64,000 nucleotides of DNA, from the NCBI RefSeq assembly GCF_964204645.1, contig NC_134027.1, forward strand, positions 17,632,560-17,696,559, in the 5' to 3' direction. Shown piece after piece: positions 51,826 to 61,927 of the stretch. Numbering within the stretch: the stretch's first letter is position 1; every line of letters begins with the position of its first letter. The notes beneath the pieces were generated by a model. It did no database searches, was not told where the DNA came from, and worked only from the letters and a program-made list of their open reading frames with translations. Origin of the DNA: Tubulanus polymorphus. Its lineage: Eukaryota > Animalia > Nemertea. A program made the translations under genes and the position numbers.

Positions 51826-53250
51826 TTACTTGATATTTTTTGATATCATATTTACTAACCCAAAAATAATAGCACTTACAACTGTAATTAAAAATAAAAT
51901 AATATGTTCAGCAGCAAAGTTAATAATGTTTCCTGCAGATTTCAATATAAAACCAACAATTGAAGCAATAACTCCTGGCAATGCTGCAGCAGATTTTTTA
52001 GATAGTTCCCATAAATATTTTGCTAATTTCTTTAAACCATCTTTAACTTTATCTTGTATAGAATTATTGCCTGGAGGTTTATCTGGTTTATTTGGAGTAG
52101 GAGTAGATTTCAAAGCATTTGATATTGCTAAACCAATTGTTGTAAATAACATAGTTACAGCTGTTAGAATTGAAAGAATTGTTATTCCTTCTAATTTAAA
52201 TAATAACTTTATTCTGTCTTTTAATGATATTTCAGAATTTGGTTTAATCAACAAATCTTTAAAAATAACTTTTAATCTATTTATATTATAATCATATGAT
52301 TTTAATAATAATTTAATTTCTTCTTTTTGTAATTCTATGTTATATTCTAAATCATCAATTTCTTTTTCTAAATATGCATTTCTTTTTTTAAATTCAATTT
52401 CTTCAATAACTTTATTATCTCTATCTAATTTTAATTGTTCTATTTCTTTATTTTTATCAGTTCTATCTTTTTCTAAAAATCTAATTTTAATATATCTTTT
52501 ACTTTTTTCATGCGCAATTTTATCAGCTGATTCTTGCATACCTTTAATTTCTCTACGTGCTTGTTCAGGAAATGCTTCTAATTCATCATCAGTTAAATCA
52601 AATAATCCTTTTTCTAGTAAAGATTGTATTCGATTTATTCCAGTTTCAGGACCGGGCGTATCTAAAACACTAATCATATCTTCTTCAAATGAATTCATTG
52701 TATCCAGTAAGTTATCTAAACGTTTTCCTAATTGTAATTGACTTGAATCATTATCAATTTGTTGAGTTTCTCTTCTCGATGTTTCGGGTGTTGAAGATCT
52801 TAATTTATCTAATCGATTTGCAAAATCTTCATCAGTTTCTGGATCAACATCAGTAGGATTTGGATTTGGATTTTTAAATGGTGAATATTTGTTTATATCA
52901 ATATTAGGAATTGGTTCTTCTTCATTTATTCTATCGATTGCATTCCATATAATTCTAAGAAATTCTCTACCACCTTTTGAACCTTCAATTGTAGATCTTG
53001 CTCGCATTCCAGGTTCAAAAATATTTTCTTGACCCATTCTAGATAATTGAATTGATACGGTATTCCTATTTAATTCAAGATTATAATACCATGCATCATT
53101 TTTAAATTCTAAATTATTTGTGAAATATGGGTCATCTTTAAAAATTTGTTCTACAACACCTTCAGTATCAATTTCATCTATTACAACTTTTGGTAATAGT
53201 TCGTTAACAATTGTATCTGTTACTCTAGATTTCATTTTATATAATTCCAT
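51826..53250 (-). CDS. Viral coiled-coil protein with C-terminal hydrophobic (TM) segments
   Basis: Long charged heptad region followed by GITILSILTAVTMLFTTIGLAI and HIILFLITVVSAIIFGLV. Confidence 0.8.
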   Translation of the reverse strand: MELYKMKSRVTDTIVNELLPKVVIDEIDTEGVVEQIFKDDPYFTNNLEFKNDAWYYNLELNRNTVSIQLSRMGQENIFEPGMRARSTIEGSKGGREFLRIIWNAIDRINEEEPIPNIDINKYSPFKNPNPNPTDVDPETDEDFANRLDKLRSSTPETSRRETQQIDNDSSQLQLGKRLDNLLDTMNSFEEDMISVLDTPGPETGINRIQSLLEKGLFDLTDDELEAFPEQARREIKGMQESADKIAHEKSKRYIKIRFLEKDRTDKNKEIEQLKLDRDNKVIEEIEFKKRNAYLEKEIDDLEYNIELQKEEIKLLLKSYDYNINRLKVIFKDLLIKPNSEISLKDRIKLLFKLEGITILSILTAVTMLFTTIGLAISNALKSTPTPNKPDKPPGNNSIQDKVKDGLKKLAKYLWELSKKSAAALPGVIASIVGFILKSAGNIINFAAEHIILFLITVVSAIIFGLVNMISKNIK

Positions 53251-53253
53251 AGG

Positions 53254-53553
53254 TTAATCAGGATATTTTTCTTGTTGTTCTACTAATAGTTTCATAAATT
53301 CTTTTCTTTCTGTTCTAGTTGAAATTCTACCACTTTCAGGAGCTTTTAAATATTTATATAATTTTTCACGTAATTCGGAATCATCATCATCATCATCATC
53401 ATAATCATCATCTTCACCTAAATTAGTATTATATGCTGATTCATCATCATTATCAATATTAGTTTCTGCATCATTATAATCATTATCAATATATCCTTCA
53501 TTATTATTTCCCATTTCTCCCATTTCATAATCTTCTACACCTTCTACATCCAT
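53254..53553 (-). CDS. Small acidic viral protein
   Basis: Poly-Asp tract; T-tract/TAAATG start. Confidence 0.65.
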   Translation of the reverse strand: MDVEGVEDYEMGEMGNNNEGYIDNDYNDAETNIDNDDESAYNTNLGEDDDYDDDDDDDSELREKLYKYLKAPESGRISTRTERKEFMKLLVEQQEKYPD

Positions 53554-53569
53554 TTACATAATAAAAAAA

Positions 53570-54955
53570 TTAAAATTTAAAATATAATATTCCTCCGATT
53601 ACAATTCCTATACAAGTTATAACTAATTTAGTATTTTCATGTGATTTATTATCATCATTTAGTTTAATTATATCATGTTGAATTTTATCAGTTTTTATAT
53701 CTTCTGATGTATTGTAATCTTTTATTTTAGAATCATTAACCAATTTAATATTCTTAGTTTTAGTTTCAGTTGATTGAATGTGTTTTTTATTTTTTTCACC
53801 TTCCATTAATTTTGGAGCAGTAATAATCTTTTTATTTATATCATTTAACCCAAATGAATTTTTTATTGTCGCAGTTTTAATTAGATTATTATAACCAATT
53901 ATATTTCCCATCTTCAATACTAAATCATTAGAAATAATTAATAGATTAGGGCCTATACAATAATTAAGTCTTACATGAGATTTATCTAAATAATTTTGAT
54001 ATCTTATAATGTTTTCTGGAATCGATCTATTTTTATCATTATGAATTGAATCTTCAAATAAAACTTTAAATTGTTTTTGTGTATCGAATGATGTATTCAA
54101 ATTTCCAATTATCGGTGATCTTGTTTCAACTTGCGCACCTAAAATACAAATTAAATAAGTTCTAAAAGATTGATTTATTCTTTCTATACCTGATTTAGTA
54201 AAATCTTCACTATTTTCTAAAATAAAATAAACCCAACCATTATTGTTTTCTTGTTTTAAATTATCATAAAATTTTGGTAATTTATTGAAATTTAATGTTT
54301 CTAAATCCTTTGTTTCTATTTTACCATAACCTAATTTATTATTATAGATATTATAAAAACTATTAGCACTATGGGAAGTGCACAATATTCTGCAATCTTT
54401 CTAGGGCATGGAAGTGATCTTATTGTTCCAATTTTTGTTCTAAAATCAATTATTTATATCTATATTAAATTCATTACAAATCTTATAAAACTTAGATAAA
54501 TTAATATTATTATCTAATTCTTTGAAATACCTAGATCCTGGTAAAGCGCACTCTAATTCATTTAATATTATTCTGATTTGAAAGTATGTATGAAATCTAA
54601 ATAAACTTTGAATTAATTTATATTTAGAATTATTCAAATGATCATTCCAACTAATTCCACATCCTGTTGTTGCACAATAAACAGCAAAATTTAATTGATT
54701 CTGCCAATACTTCATATTAGATTTTAATAACCATTGTTTTTCATCTTTCAATTTTTTAAAATTAATTAAATATACATGAAATATATTTTCCATCTTTGCA
54801 TTAAAATTATTAGTTTCAGTAACATAAATATATAAATCAATTAATGAATCTAAAACTTCATTTCTATATGTAATATCTTTATTAAAATCTATTGCTGGAA
54901 TATTATATTTAATTGATTTATTATATTGGAAAGCTTTTGGAAAACTATCTACCAT
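53570..54955 (-). pseudogene. Viral hypothetical protein with C-terminal TM, probably one gene split by frameshifts (54446-54955 + 53570-54385)
   Basis: Only the upstream ORF has a TAAATG start; an alternative frame reads through the 60-bp gap (DFRTKIG); C-terminal LVITCIGIVIGGILYF. Confidence 0.6.
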
Positions 54956-54971
54956 TTATATAATTAAAAAA

Positions 54972-55406
54972 TTAATAATTTATTAATTCTTTTAATAATT
55001 TATCTTGTTCTTCAACTGTTATATGACCATTTAAACTTATTATATAATCTAGTGTATTTTTTAATTTATTAATTTCTTTTATATTAGTTTTAATTTTTTC
55101 TTTATTACTTTTTATATTTAATTTTGAACTTATACCGGTTAAAACACTTGAACTTAATCCTAACACACCAATTGATATAGCTAAAGGTGTTAATGGGCTG
55201 AATATTGCTAGAAATGTTATTACAGAACTAATTGTAACCGAACCACTTATAATCAAATAATATATAATTTTACTTTTTAAATATTTTTTCTTTTTTATCT
55301 TTAAGTCACTTTCAAATTCTAATATTTGTTTTTCTAAATATGTTTTTAATTTAGTTTTATTTATATCATGAGGAATAATATCAATACTATCAACTTTATC
55401 TTCCAT
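54972..55406 (-). CDS. Two-TM viral protein
   Basis: Hydrophobic hairpin IIYYLIISGSVTISSVITFLAIF / LAISIGVLGLSSSVLTGI. Confidence 0.75.
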   Translation of the reverse strand: MEDKVDSIDIIPHDINKTKLKTYLEKQILEFESDLKIKKKKYLKSKIIYYLIISGSVTISSVITFLAIFSPLTPLAISIGVLGLSSSVLTGISSKLNIKSNKEKIKTNIKEINKLKNTLDYIISLNGHITVEEQDKLLKELINY

Positions 55407-55425
55407 TTATTTAGAATAAAAATTA

Positions 55426-55848
55426 CTAATTAGTAAACTTATAAGCAACAAATATAACAATAACTGTTCCACCTAAAATCCAAATTATTTCATATTTCTG
55501 TTGTTCTTTACTTGGGGTATAATAATCTGATAATTTAGGTTTGTATAGATGTAATTTTTCTTTATTTGTTACTGCGTTATATAAACTCATTGCATCATCA
55601 ACTGATTGAAAATCTCTATGTGAAATCTTCTGATTATATAATTCTTTGTTAATATAATCCATATAGTTTTGTCTCTTTTCTCTATATTCTTCTGCAGCTT
55701 TATTGTATTTCTCTAACGCTAAGTTATGTCTTCTTTGTTCTCCTAATGAACTATTTTTATCAATATGCTTAAATAAATAACCACCACCAGTAAATGCTAA
55801 AGCGTTAACAATTGCCGATCCTATAATAGTTATAATTGCAGAAGCCAT
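55426..55848 (-). CDS. Viral protein with N- and C-terminal hydrophobic segments
   Basis: AIITIIGSAIVNALAFTGGGYLF...IIWILGGTVIVIFVAY. Confidence 0.8.
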   Translation of the reverse strand: MASAIITIIGSAIVNALAFTGGGYLFKHIDKNSSLGEQRRHNLALEKYNKAAEEYREKRQNYMDYINKELYNQKISHRDFQSVDDAMSLYNAVTNKEKLHLYKPKLSDYYTPSKEQQKYEIIWILGGTVIVIFVAYKFTN

Positions 55849-55873
55849 TTATTTAGCAAAAAAAATTATGCAT

Positions 55874-56095
55874 TTATATGGGAGGAATATATTTTTGTTT
55901 TTCCAAATAATCAATAGTTAAATTAGATAAAGTAACTGCTAATGTTAACTTTAAAATATCATTTATATCAAATCTATCAACATTAACACTTCCCATTTTG
56001 AATACTTTTTTTAATACCATTGAATAACCAACAGTTCCAACTGATAGTAATGCGCCATTATATAATCCAGTTATTATCCACTTATTATCACTCAT
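55874..56095 (-). CDS. Small hydrophobic viral protein
   Basis: 73-aa ORF with T-tract/TAAATG start, tightly packed in the gene array. Confidence 0.7.
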   Translation of the reverse strand: MSDNKWIITGLYNGALLSVGTVGYSMVLKKVFKMGSVNVDRFDINDILKLTLAVTLSNLTIDYLEKQKYIPPI

Positions 56096-56443
56096 TTATT
56101 TATCAAAAAAATTACTATCTTCAAAATATTTAGTTAACTTATTTATGATTAATTCGACATTTATTTCATTACTACTTTTATGATTATCATATATTTCAAT
56201 TATTATTTTTTTAATATCATCGATGATAAAATCTTCATCTAATTCATAAAATCTTAAAGACTCAGTAATCTTTTCTACATTAAAAGTTTCTTTATCTATT
56301 GTTGTTTCATACTCAAATGTTGTTTCATTAGAAAATGCAATATTTTTGATATGTGTTATTACATCATTAATGTTAAATTTCATTTCTTTCTCACGTTTAA
56401 AATCAAATCCAAAACATATACTCGGTCCAACAGTTATATTCAT
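56096..56443 (-). CDS. Viral hypothetical protein
   Basis: Intact ORF with T-tract/TAAATG start. Confidence 0.65.
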   Translation of the reverse strand: MNITVGPSICFGFDFKREKEMKFNINDVITHIKNIAFSNETTFEYETTIDKETFNVEKITESLRFYELDEDFIIDDIKKIIIEIYDNHKSSNEINVELIINKLTKYFEDSNFFDK

Positions 56444-56459
56444 TTATATAGTGAAAAAA

Positions 56460-57218
56460 TTACTCTTTACATCTTATAACTAATTCATAAATTACAGGAA
56501 AGTTATTCAAATCAATTAAATATCCATTTTGATTTCTAATTTCTAATTTAAAATTATTAAATTTAGGAATGCATGGTTTAAAATCACATTCTGTTAAATT
56601 ATAATTTATTTGAGTTCCAAATTGTTTAACATTTTTTAGCGGTAAAATATTTAGTATACTAGAATTACAAATTGTTTCTTTAGTTGCTTCGAAAGTTTTT
56701 GTAGGCTCGATTAAATTGCAATAGATATAAAAGTGTGTAAAAGGTATTATATTTGAAATACCTTCTACGTTTACTGTAACAACATCTGGTTCAATTCCTA
56801 GCAATTTAGCTATAGGTTTTTTTACCATAAATGCATGTTGACTTTCATCAAATACCTTTATTTTAATTCTATTTGAGCTATCACTTTTTATAAATCTTAT
56901 TAAAAATTTATCATCTTTTCTAATTTTCAACCGTGCTCTACGATTAATTTCTTGAGATAATGTTTCTAAATTATATAATCCTGGTCTTAGAAATAGATGA
57001 AACCATTTATTTATATTTCTAATATGAATTAAAAAAGTATTATGTTCAATAGTTTTATTCGATATATTATAAAAAGAATTACATAAACTTATATTTACTA
57101 ATTTTAAATCTACACAATTCTTGAATTCTCTATCTAATTGTACTAATAAATTATGAGATTTATAATTTGTAAGTTTTCTAGAATCAACAAATATTCTGTA
57201 TTCTTTTAATTCTACCAT
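56460..57218 (-). CDS. Putative minor capsid (penton) protein
   Basis: NSFYNIS, PGLYN, FYIYCNLI, C-terminal FKLEIRNQNGYLIDLNNFPVIYELVI pattern typical of Polinton pentons; 252 aa. Confidence 0.72.
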   Translation of the reverse strand: MVELKEYRIFVDSRKLTNYKSHNLLVQLDREFKNCVDLKLVNISLCNSFYNISNKTIEHNTFLIHIRNINKWFHLFLRPGLYNLETLSQEINRRARLKIRKDDKFLIRFIKSDSSNRIKIKVFDESQHAFMVKKPIAKLLGIEPDVVTVNVEGISNIIPFTHFYIYCNLIEPTKTFEATKETICNSSILNILPLKNVKQFGTQINYNLTECDFKPCIPKFNNFKLEIRNQNGYLIDLNNFPVIYELVIRCKE

Positions 57219-57235
57219 TTATTTTACATATTTTC

Positions 57236-57577
57236 TTATTCGAAATCTATTTCATGGTGCCCTTTTTCATTCTTACCTTTGTATACGAAATAGAAATCTC
57301 CAGAACATAATTCTTCTAGATCTTCACTTGATAATCTATGAAATCTATCTGGTAAATAAGTTCTGAATTTATATTTATTTCCTTTTAATCCTTCATATTC
57401 TAAATGGATTACTAATTTATCTCCATATTTATTAGTAATTGTTTCAATGTTAGTAATTAAATATTTCTTATGGATTGTTAACTCAGTTAGTTTTTTAAAT
57501 TTATAATCTACAGATTTGACGCTTGAAGTATCTTTAATTCTATCTAAGAATTCACTGTGTACTTGTTTACTTTCCAT
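57236..57577 (-). CDS. Small conserved viral protein next to pPolB (possibly OB-fold ssDNA-binding; inference)
   Basis: Homologs beside pPolB in two other copies (29050-29337, 33881-34232). Confidence 0.7.
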   Translation of the reverse strand: MESKQVHSEFLDRIKDTSSVKSVDYKFKKLTELTIHKKYLITNIETITNKYGDKLVIHLEYEGLKGNKYKFRTYLPDRFHRLSSEDLEELCSGDFYFVYKGKNEKGHHEIDFE

Positions 57578-57605
57578 TTATTATACAAATTTTTATTGAA
57601 ATTGA

Positions 57606-60600
57606 TTAACACGCTAAAATCCTTTTCATAATCTCATTTTCTTTTGTTTCTTCTCTTTTGAATTTTATATATTCATCTAAATTGCAACCATAGGCGACTG
57701 TGTGGATTCCATCATCTAAAATATATCTTTTATCATCAAATGGGTTTAGACTTATCTTCTCTATCTCTTCAATATACATTTCATGATCTTCAGATCTTAA
57801 ACATTTCATCTTATGTTTTCTAACTTCTTCTTTGAATATACAATTTATGTAATCTTTGAAATGAATATTCTTTTCAACAACGCTTTTGGTAATTCCTTTC
57901 AATTTCTTTGATTCATGTTCTTTAGTTTTATAACTATACATTTTAGATCTAATACCAATGAACTCTATCATTTCTTCACCACCTAATTCATCTTTGAATT
58001 TACCGGGAACTTTTTTATTATCATTGCTAAACAATTCATGATTTTTAGGATAGTTACTGAAATCAAAATGATGTTTTAATGTTTTTAAATCATCAGTTAT
58101 GTTATCAGTTTTTATCTTTAATATGTAACTGTCAGTATCAAAGTATAGAATTTCTATGTGTTTTTCTCCAAAATGAGGTTGTAATACGTTATAGTAAAAT
58201 TTATACATTAATAACTTTGATAATTCTAAAACTGCAGCTCCAACATAAATTGGTTTATTAAATTTCATTGAAGTTCTTCTCATTTTAACTGCTGCTAAAT
58301 TTTCATCAAATATTCTGTTATCTATAAACTTAGGATATGATTGTAAATGCCTTATCCTTTTACCATTACTAACTAACTCAATATCATTTCTATTTCTTAT
58401 GTTTTCACAAGTCTTACCATAGAATGCATTATTCATTAGTTTGAAGAAATCTTTCTCGAAATCAGTTTTAGCTTCAGTTCTCTGTGTAGTATTAAAATCT
58501 ATATATTTTTCTAACCATTTAGATTGACTGAATGAAATATATCTATGTACTTTTTTTAATATCATTCCTTGTCTCAAATAAAACTTCAACATTCTATAAT
58601 GCACAACGTAATTATATTTATCTTCCTGAGTTACCATTAACTTTTCAGTATGAATATGATTATCGGGTTTAATTCTTTTTTGATAATTTGATAATTCTTC
58701 ATGAGTTACAGTTTTATGTTCGGGACAGTAAGCTAGATTTCTAGATTTGAATTTAATATTTTCAGGGTATTCTAAATCTACAACGAAGAAGTAACCAGTA
58801 TCTGAATCATCTGCAATATCTAGGATTCTTTTCTTCCAATCAAATTTATCAATTTGTAAAACTTCAGTTATTTCAAACATCCCATAAGGTTGTGGTTCCA
58901 TCATTGCCCAACCATAAAGATTATTTGCATCTATGTATAATAATTTATATCCAGGATTATCATTTACATTGAAATATCTATCACCCAATACACCTGAAAC
59001 ACCTCCTCTTATAGATTTTTCAAATAATAGTAATTGATCTATATTTGTTAACAAATCCATTTTTATATTTGTAAATTTTAATCCACAATCCCATGTTAAT
59101 CCCGGTGATGAATAACAATGACAAGGATCAATATTGAAATATTTTAGGTTTACATCTCTAAACCTTTCGAATATATCGGTTAATAATAATACATCTGATT
59201 TTAAATATAAATCTACTAATTGCCCATGATTTTCTATTTTGAAATGATTCCAAATATTCAATGTTCTATTATATACTTTATCTTTAACATATTCATTTTT
59301 TAATTCATCATAAAATTGTTCTTTCAATAATTCAGTTATATTGAAATCATTATGTGATTTATAAAATGAATATGGAATTGCACCTTTATATCTCATTAAT
59401 TGAAAATCATCATTATTTGGGTAGTGTTGCTTTAATATTCTTAATTCATCATCAACTAATGATTTTGATAAGTTATCTAATGAACTATTTAAAAATCTAT
59501 ATGAATCTATAAATCTGAGGCAACCAAATTGGAATGATATATAATTCTCAGATGTTTTAGCTAACATTCTAAATTTATAAGTTGGTATTTTATCTTTTGA
59601 TCTATTTGAATTTAATATTTCTATTTCATTATTAATTTCTTCTATTTTATGACATAACTGTTTGATAAATAAATGTGCATCATATCCAGATAGATTATGA
59701 AATATAACTGGTACAAAATTAATTTTCTTAGCTTGTAAGTTACAATTCTCATGTGCAGCGCCTCTAAACTTTCCATTCAAATAATCATGGTCTCTTACTT
59801 TTTTATCTTTATAATTAAATATCTTTTCACAATAATAACATTTACCTGAAAACACAAATTCTTCTTTATCTTCTTCTGTCATTATAATTTCTATATTTGT
59901 ATTCAATAATTTACTAAATCTTAATTCATATTCAATTAATAAGTCACAAAAATGATTGATAACATTTTCATTTCTATAATCATAATATTCACTTTCAATT
60001 AGTTCTGGATAATCAGATTTAATATATAACCCGAAAGCTGCAGCTGATTGATGAATCTTTTTAATAGTATTTGTTTTTGGTGGTTCATCTGAAAAATCAT
60101 TTTCATTAAAATTTAATTTCTTTCTTTTATAATATATTTCTTTTCTATCTTGATCTGTTAATTCTTTATTTAATGATTCAAAATCTCCATATATTACAAA
60201 TGGTACTTTATTTTTGTAATCATATTTTTTGAATTCTAATATTTTATCTTTTTCATTTGGTAAAACTAATTTACAATAATCATGATTTTCACATAATTGT
60301 TTATGATTTAATAATGTACTTTCATTACTGAATTTATGTAAACATTTTCTACATAGATATATTTTATTATGGTGATCACTTTCTGTTCTAAAAAATAAAT
60401 CTATTTGTTTAATCCACATATAATGATTCTCATAATATAGTATATCTATAACATCATTTGAATCATAATCTTTTGATAGGTATAAAGGTTCTAATGTATA
60501 AGGTTTAATATTATTTCCTTTTGTATTTGGTAATTTGATTAAATCAAATACATTTATCTTTATATTATTATCTCTTTCTATTTTTGGGATGTTTTTAATT

Positions 60601-61631
60601 CTAACAGGATACTTATCTATCTTATAATTATTTTCAAATGGTTTATAATGAGTTAATCTACAAATATTATAAGTTGCAGGATGTAAACAACTTATTATAG
60701 TCCATAGTAAACATTTATCATCTTCATTTTGTACGTTTATAACAGCATTAGTTTTAAATGGTAGTTTGATATAACTTGATGCTTCAATATCAGGTTCTTT
60801 ATAATATGATAAATTATTTTCATCTATTGGTTTTGATTTAGTTAACTTATTATATTTTGTGTTATAAACATGTAAAGTCATAAATATTATTTCATCAAAT
60901 ATTAAACCAGATCCTTCAAAATATTTCTCTTCTATTTTAGTTTTTATTTCATTATAACATTTATTTAATTTATCTTCTATATGTTGTTTAGATATAATAT
61001 GTTGTGAATGAGAATTTATATTATATATTGGTTTATCTTCAGATTTTATAAACTTTACTTTAACTGATATACTAATTTTAGGATATTCAACATCTGTAAT
61101 TATTTTTATTATTTCTTTTATATTTTCTAAATGTTTTTTATTTTCTTCTATTGTTTTTCCTTTATGAAATTTAAACTCGATAGCTGCTGGACCAATATCA
61201 CTTTTAAATGCTTCGGTTATCTCTATATCTTTTTTATTATCTAATGAATTAATATAATTTCTTACATCTTCCATGTATGGTCTTTTATTGTTTAATTTAT
61301 TTTTTATTCTTTTAATTGCGCTTTGTTTCTTATCGTTATCATTATCAAAATAATCTTCACCTAAAATATCATTATTCTTATTTCTAATATGACTTTTAGA
61401 TTTTAAATGTTCATTATAATATCTTTTATCACTGAATGATTGATTACATGTATCACATTTGTATGTTTCTTTTTCATCCTTTAATTCTTCTAATTTAGTT
61501 TCTAATATATCATCTTTATATTCTAGTTTCAATTTATTCTCTAAATGTGTTCTAGTTTTATTGTGTCTTGCTTTTTGGGATTTATCTATATCGATATTAC
61601 ATGTTGGGCAGTAGTACTTATTTGCTTCCAT
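57606..61631 (-). CDS. Protein-primed family B DNA polymerase with N-terminal zinc fingers, vOTU-like region and an EndoVII-like insertion
   Basis: ExoI YGDFES, ExoII FHNLSGYDAH, ExoIII YLKSDV, Pol motifs YIDANNLYGWAM, KLMNNAFYGK, YFDTDS, KMY, KGI; CYYC...RDHDY...HENCN. Confidence 0.97.
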   Translation of the reverse strand: MEANKYYCPTCNIDIDKSQKARHNKTRTHLENKLKLEYKDDILETKLEELKDEKETYKCDTCNQSFSDKRYYNEHLKSKSHIRNKNNDILGEDYFDNDNDKKQSAIKRIKNKLNNKRPYMEDVRNYINSLDNKKDIEITEAFKSDIGPAAIEFKFHKGKTIEENKKHLENIKEIIKIITDVEYPKISISVKVKFIKSEDKPIYNINSHSQHIISKQHIEDKLNKCYNEIKTKIEEKYFEGSGLIFDEIIFMTLHVYNTKYNKLTKSKPIDENNLSYYKEPDIEASSYIKLPFKTNAVINVQNEDDKCLLWTIISCLHPATYNICRLTHYKPFENNYKIDKYPVRIKNIPKIERDNNIKINVFDLIKLPNTKGNNIKPYTLEPLYLSKDYDSNDVIDILYYENHYMWIKQIDLFFRTESDHHNKIYLCRKCLHKFSNESTLLNHKQLCENHDYCKLVLPNEKDKILEFKKYDYKNKVPFVIYGDFESLNKELTDQDRKEIYYKRKKLNFNENDFSDEPPKTNTIKKIHQSAAAFGLYIKSDYPELIESEYYDYRNENVINHFCDLLIEYELRFSKLLNTNIEIIMTEEDKEEFVFSGKCYYCEKIFNYKDKKVRDHDYLNGKFRGAAHENCNLQAKKINFVPVIFHNLSGYDAHLFIKQLCHKIEEINNEIEILNSNRSKDKIPTYKFRMLAKTSENYISFQFGCLRFIDSYRFLNSSLDNLSKSLVDDELRILKQHYPNNDDFQLMRYKGAIPYSFYKSHNDFNITELLKEQFYDELKNEYVKDKVYNRTLNIWNHFKIENHGQLVDLYLKSDVLLLTDIFERFRDVNLKYFNIDPCHCYSSPGLTWDCGLKFTNIKMDLLTNIDQLLLFEKSIRGGVSGVLGDRYFNVNDNPGYKLLYIDANNLYGWAMMEPQPYGMFEITEVLQIDKFDWKKRILDIADDSDTGYFFVVDLEYPENIKFKSRNLAYCPEHKTVTHEELSNYQKRIKPDNHIHTEKLMVTQEDKYNYVVHYRMLKFYLRQGMILKKVHRYISFSQSKWLEKYIDFNTTQRTEAKTDFEKDFFKLMNNAFYGKTCENIRNRNDIELVSNGKRIRHLQSYPKFIDNRIFDENLAAVKMRRTSMKFNKPIYVGAAVLELSKLLMYKFYYNVLQPHFGEKHIEILYFDTDSYILKIKTDNITDDLKTLKHHFDFSNYPKNHELFSNDNKKVPGKFKDELGGEEMIEFIGIRSKMYSYKTKEHESKKLKGITKSVVEKNIHFKDYINCIFKEEVRKHKMKCLRSEDHEMYIEEIEKISLNPFDDKRYILDDGIHTVAYGCNLDEYIKFKREETKENEIMKRILAC

Positions 61632-61927
61632 TTTAATACTATATTTTTTATTAAAATTGATTTTAGAAGTTCAATGATTTAAATGTTATTCATATATATG
61701 AATATTTTCAGAGTAATAGGGGTAATAGGCTTTCAAGCTAAAGGTTGAACGGGCGGGTGAGTAAAAATGAAAAAACATAAAAATAATTACAATTTCTACT
61801 TGAATTAGGAGTGAAACTCATAAAATGAAAAATAAATTCGAGCGTGTGAGAATTTATTTTTCATTTTTATGAGTTTCACGAGTAATTCAAGTAGAAATTG
61901 TAATTATTTTTATGTTTTTCATTTTTT
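61518..61927 (-). repeat. Right terminal inverted repeat, with palindrome truncated by ~51 bp
   Basis: Matches the reverse complement of 44279-44688. Confidence 0.92.

Larger units (their letters stand above)
44228..61927. mobile_element. Near-complete endogenous Maverick/Polinton-like virus (~17.7 kb)
   Basis: Long TIRs, AG start at the left end, intronless AT-rich compact ORFs including pPolB, rve integrase, packaging ATPase and capsid-like genes; right end lacks ~51 bp, so no TSD can be verified. Confidence 0.95.

Noticed and set aside
51719-52741. Plus-strand ORFs 51719-52291 and 52337-52741
   Set aside because: Antisense shadows of the 474-aa viral gene; they lack the TAAATG leader.
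44228-61927. Contaminating free virus or bacterial prophage
   Set aside because: It is embedded within a spliced eukaryotic transposon gene, carries inactivating lesions, and has decayed relatives nearby.
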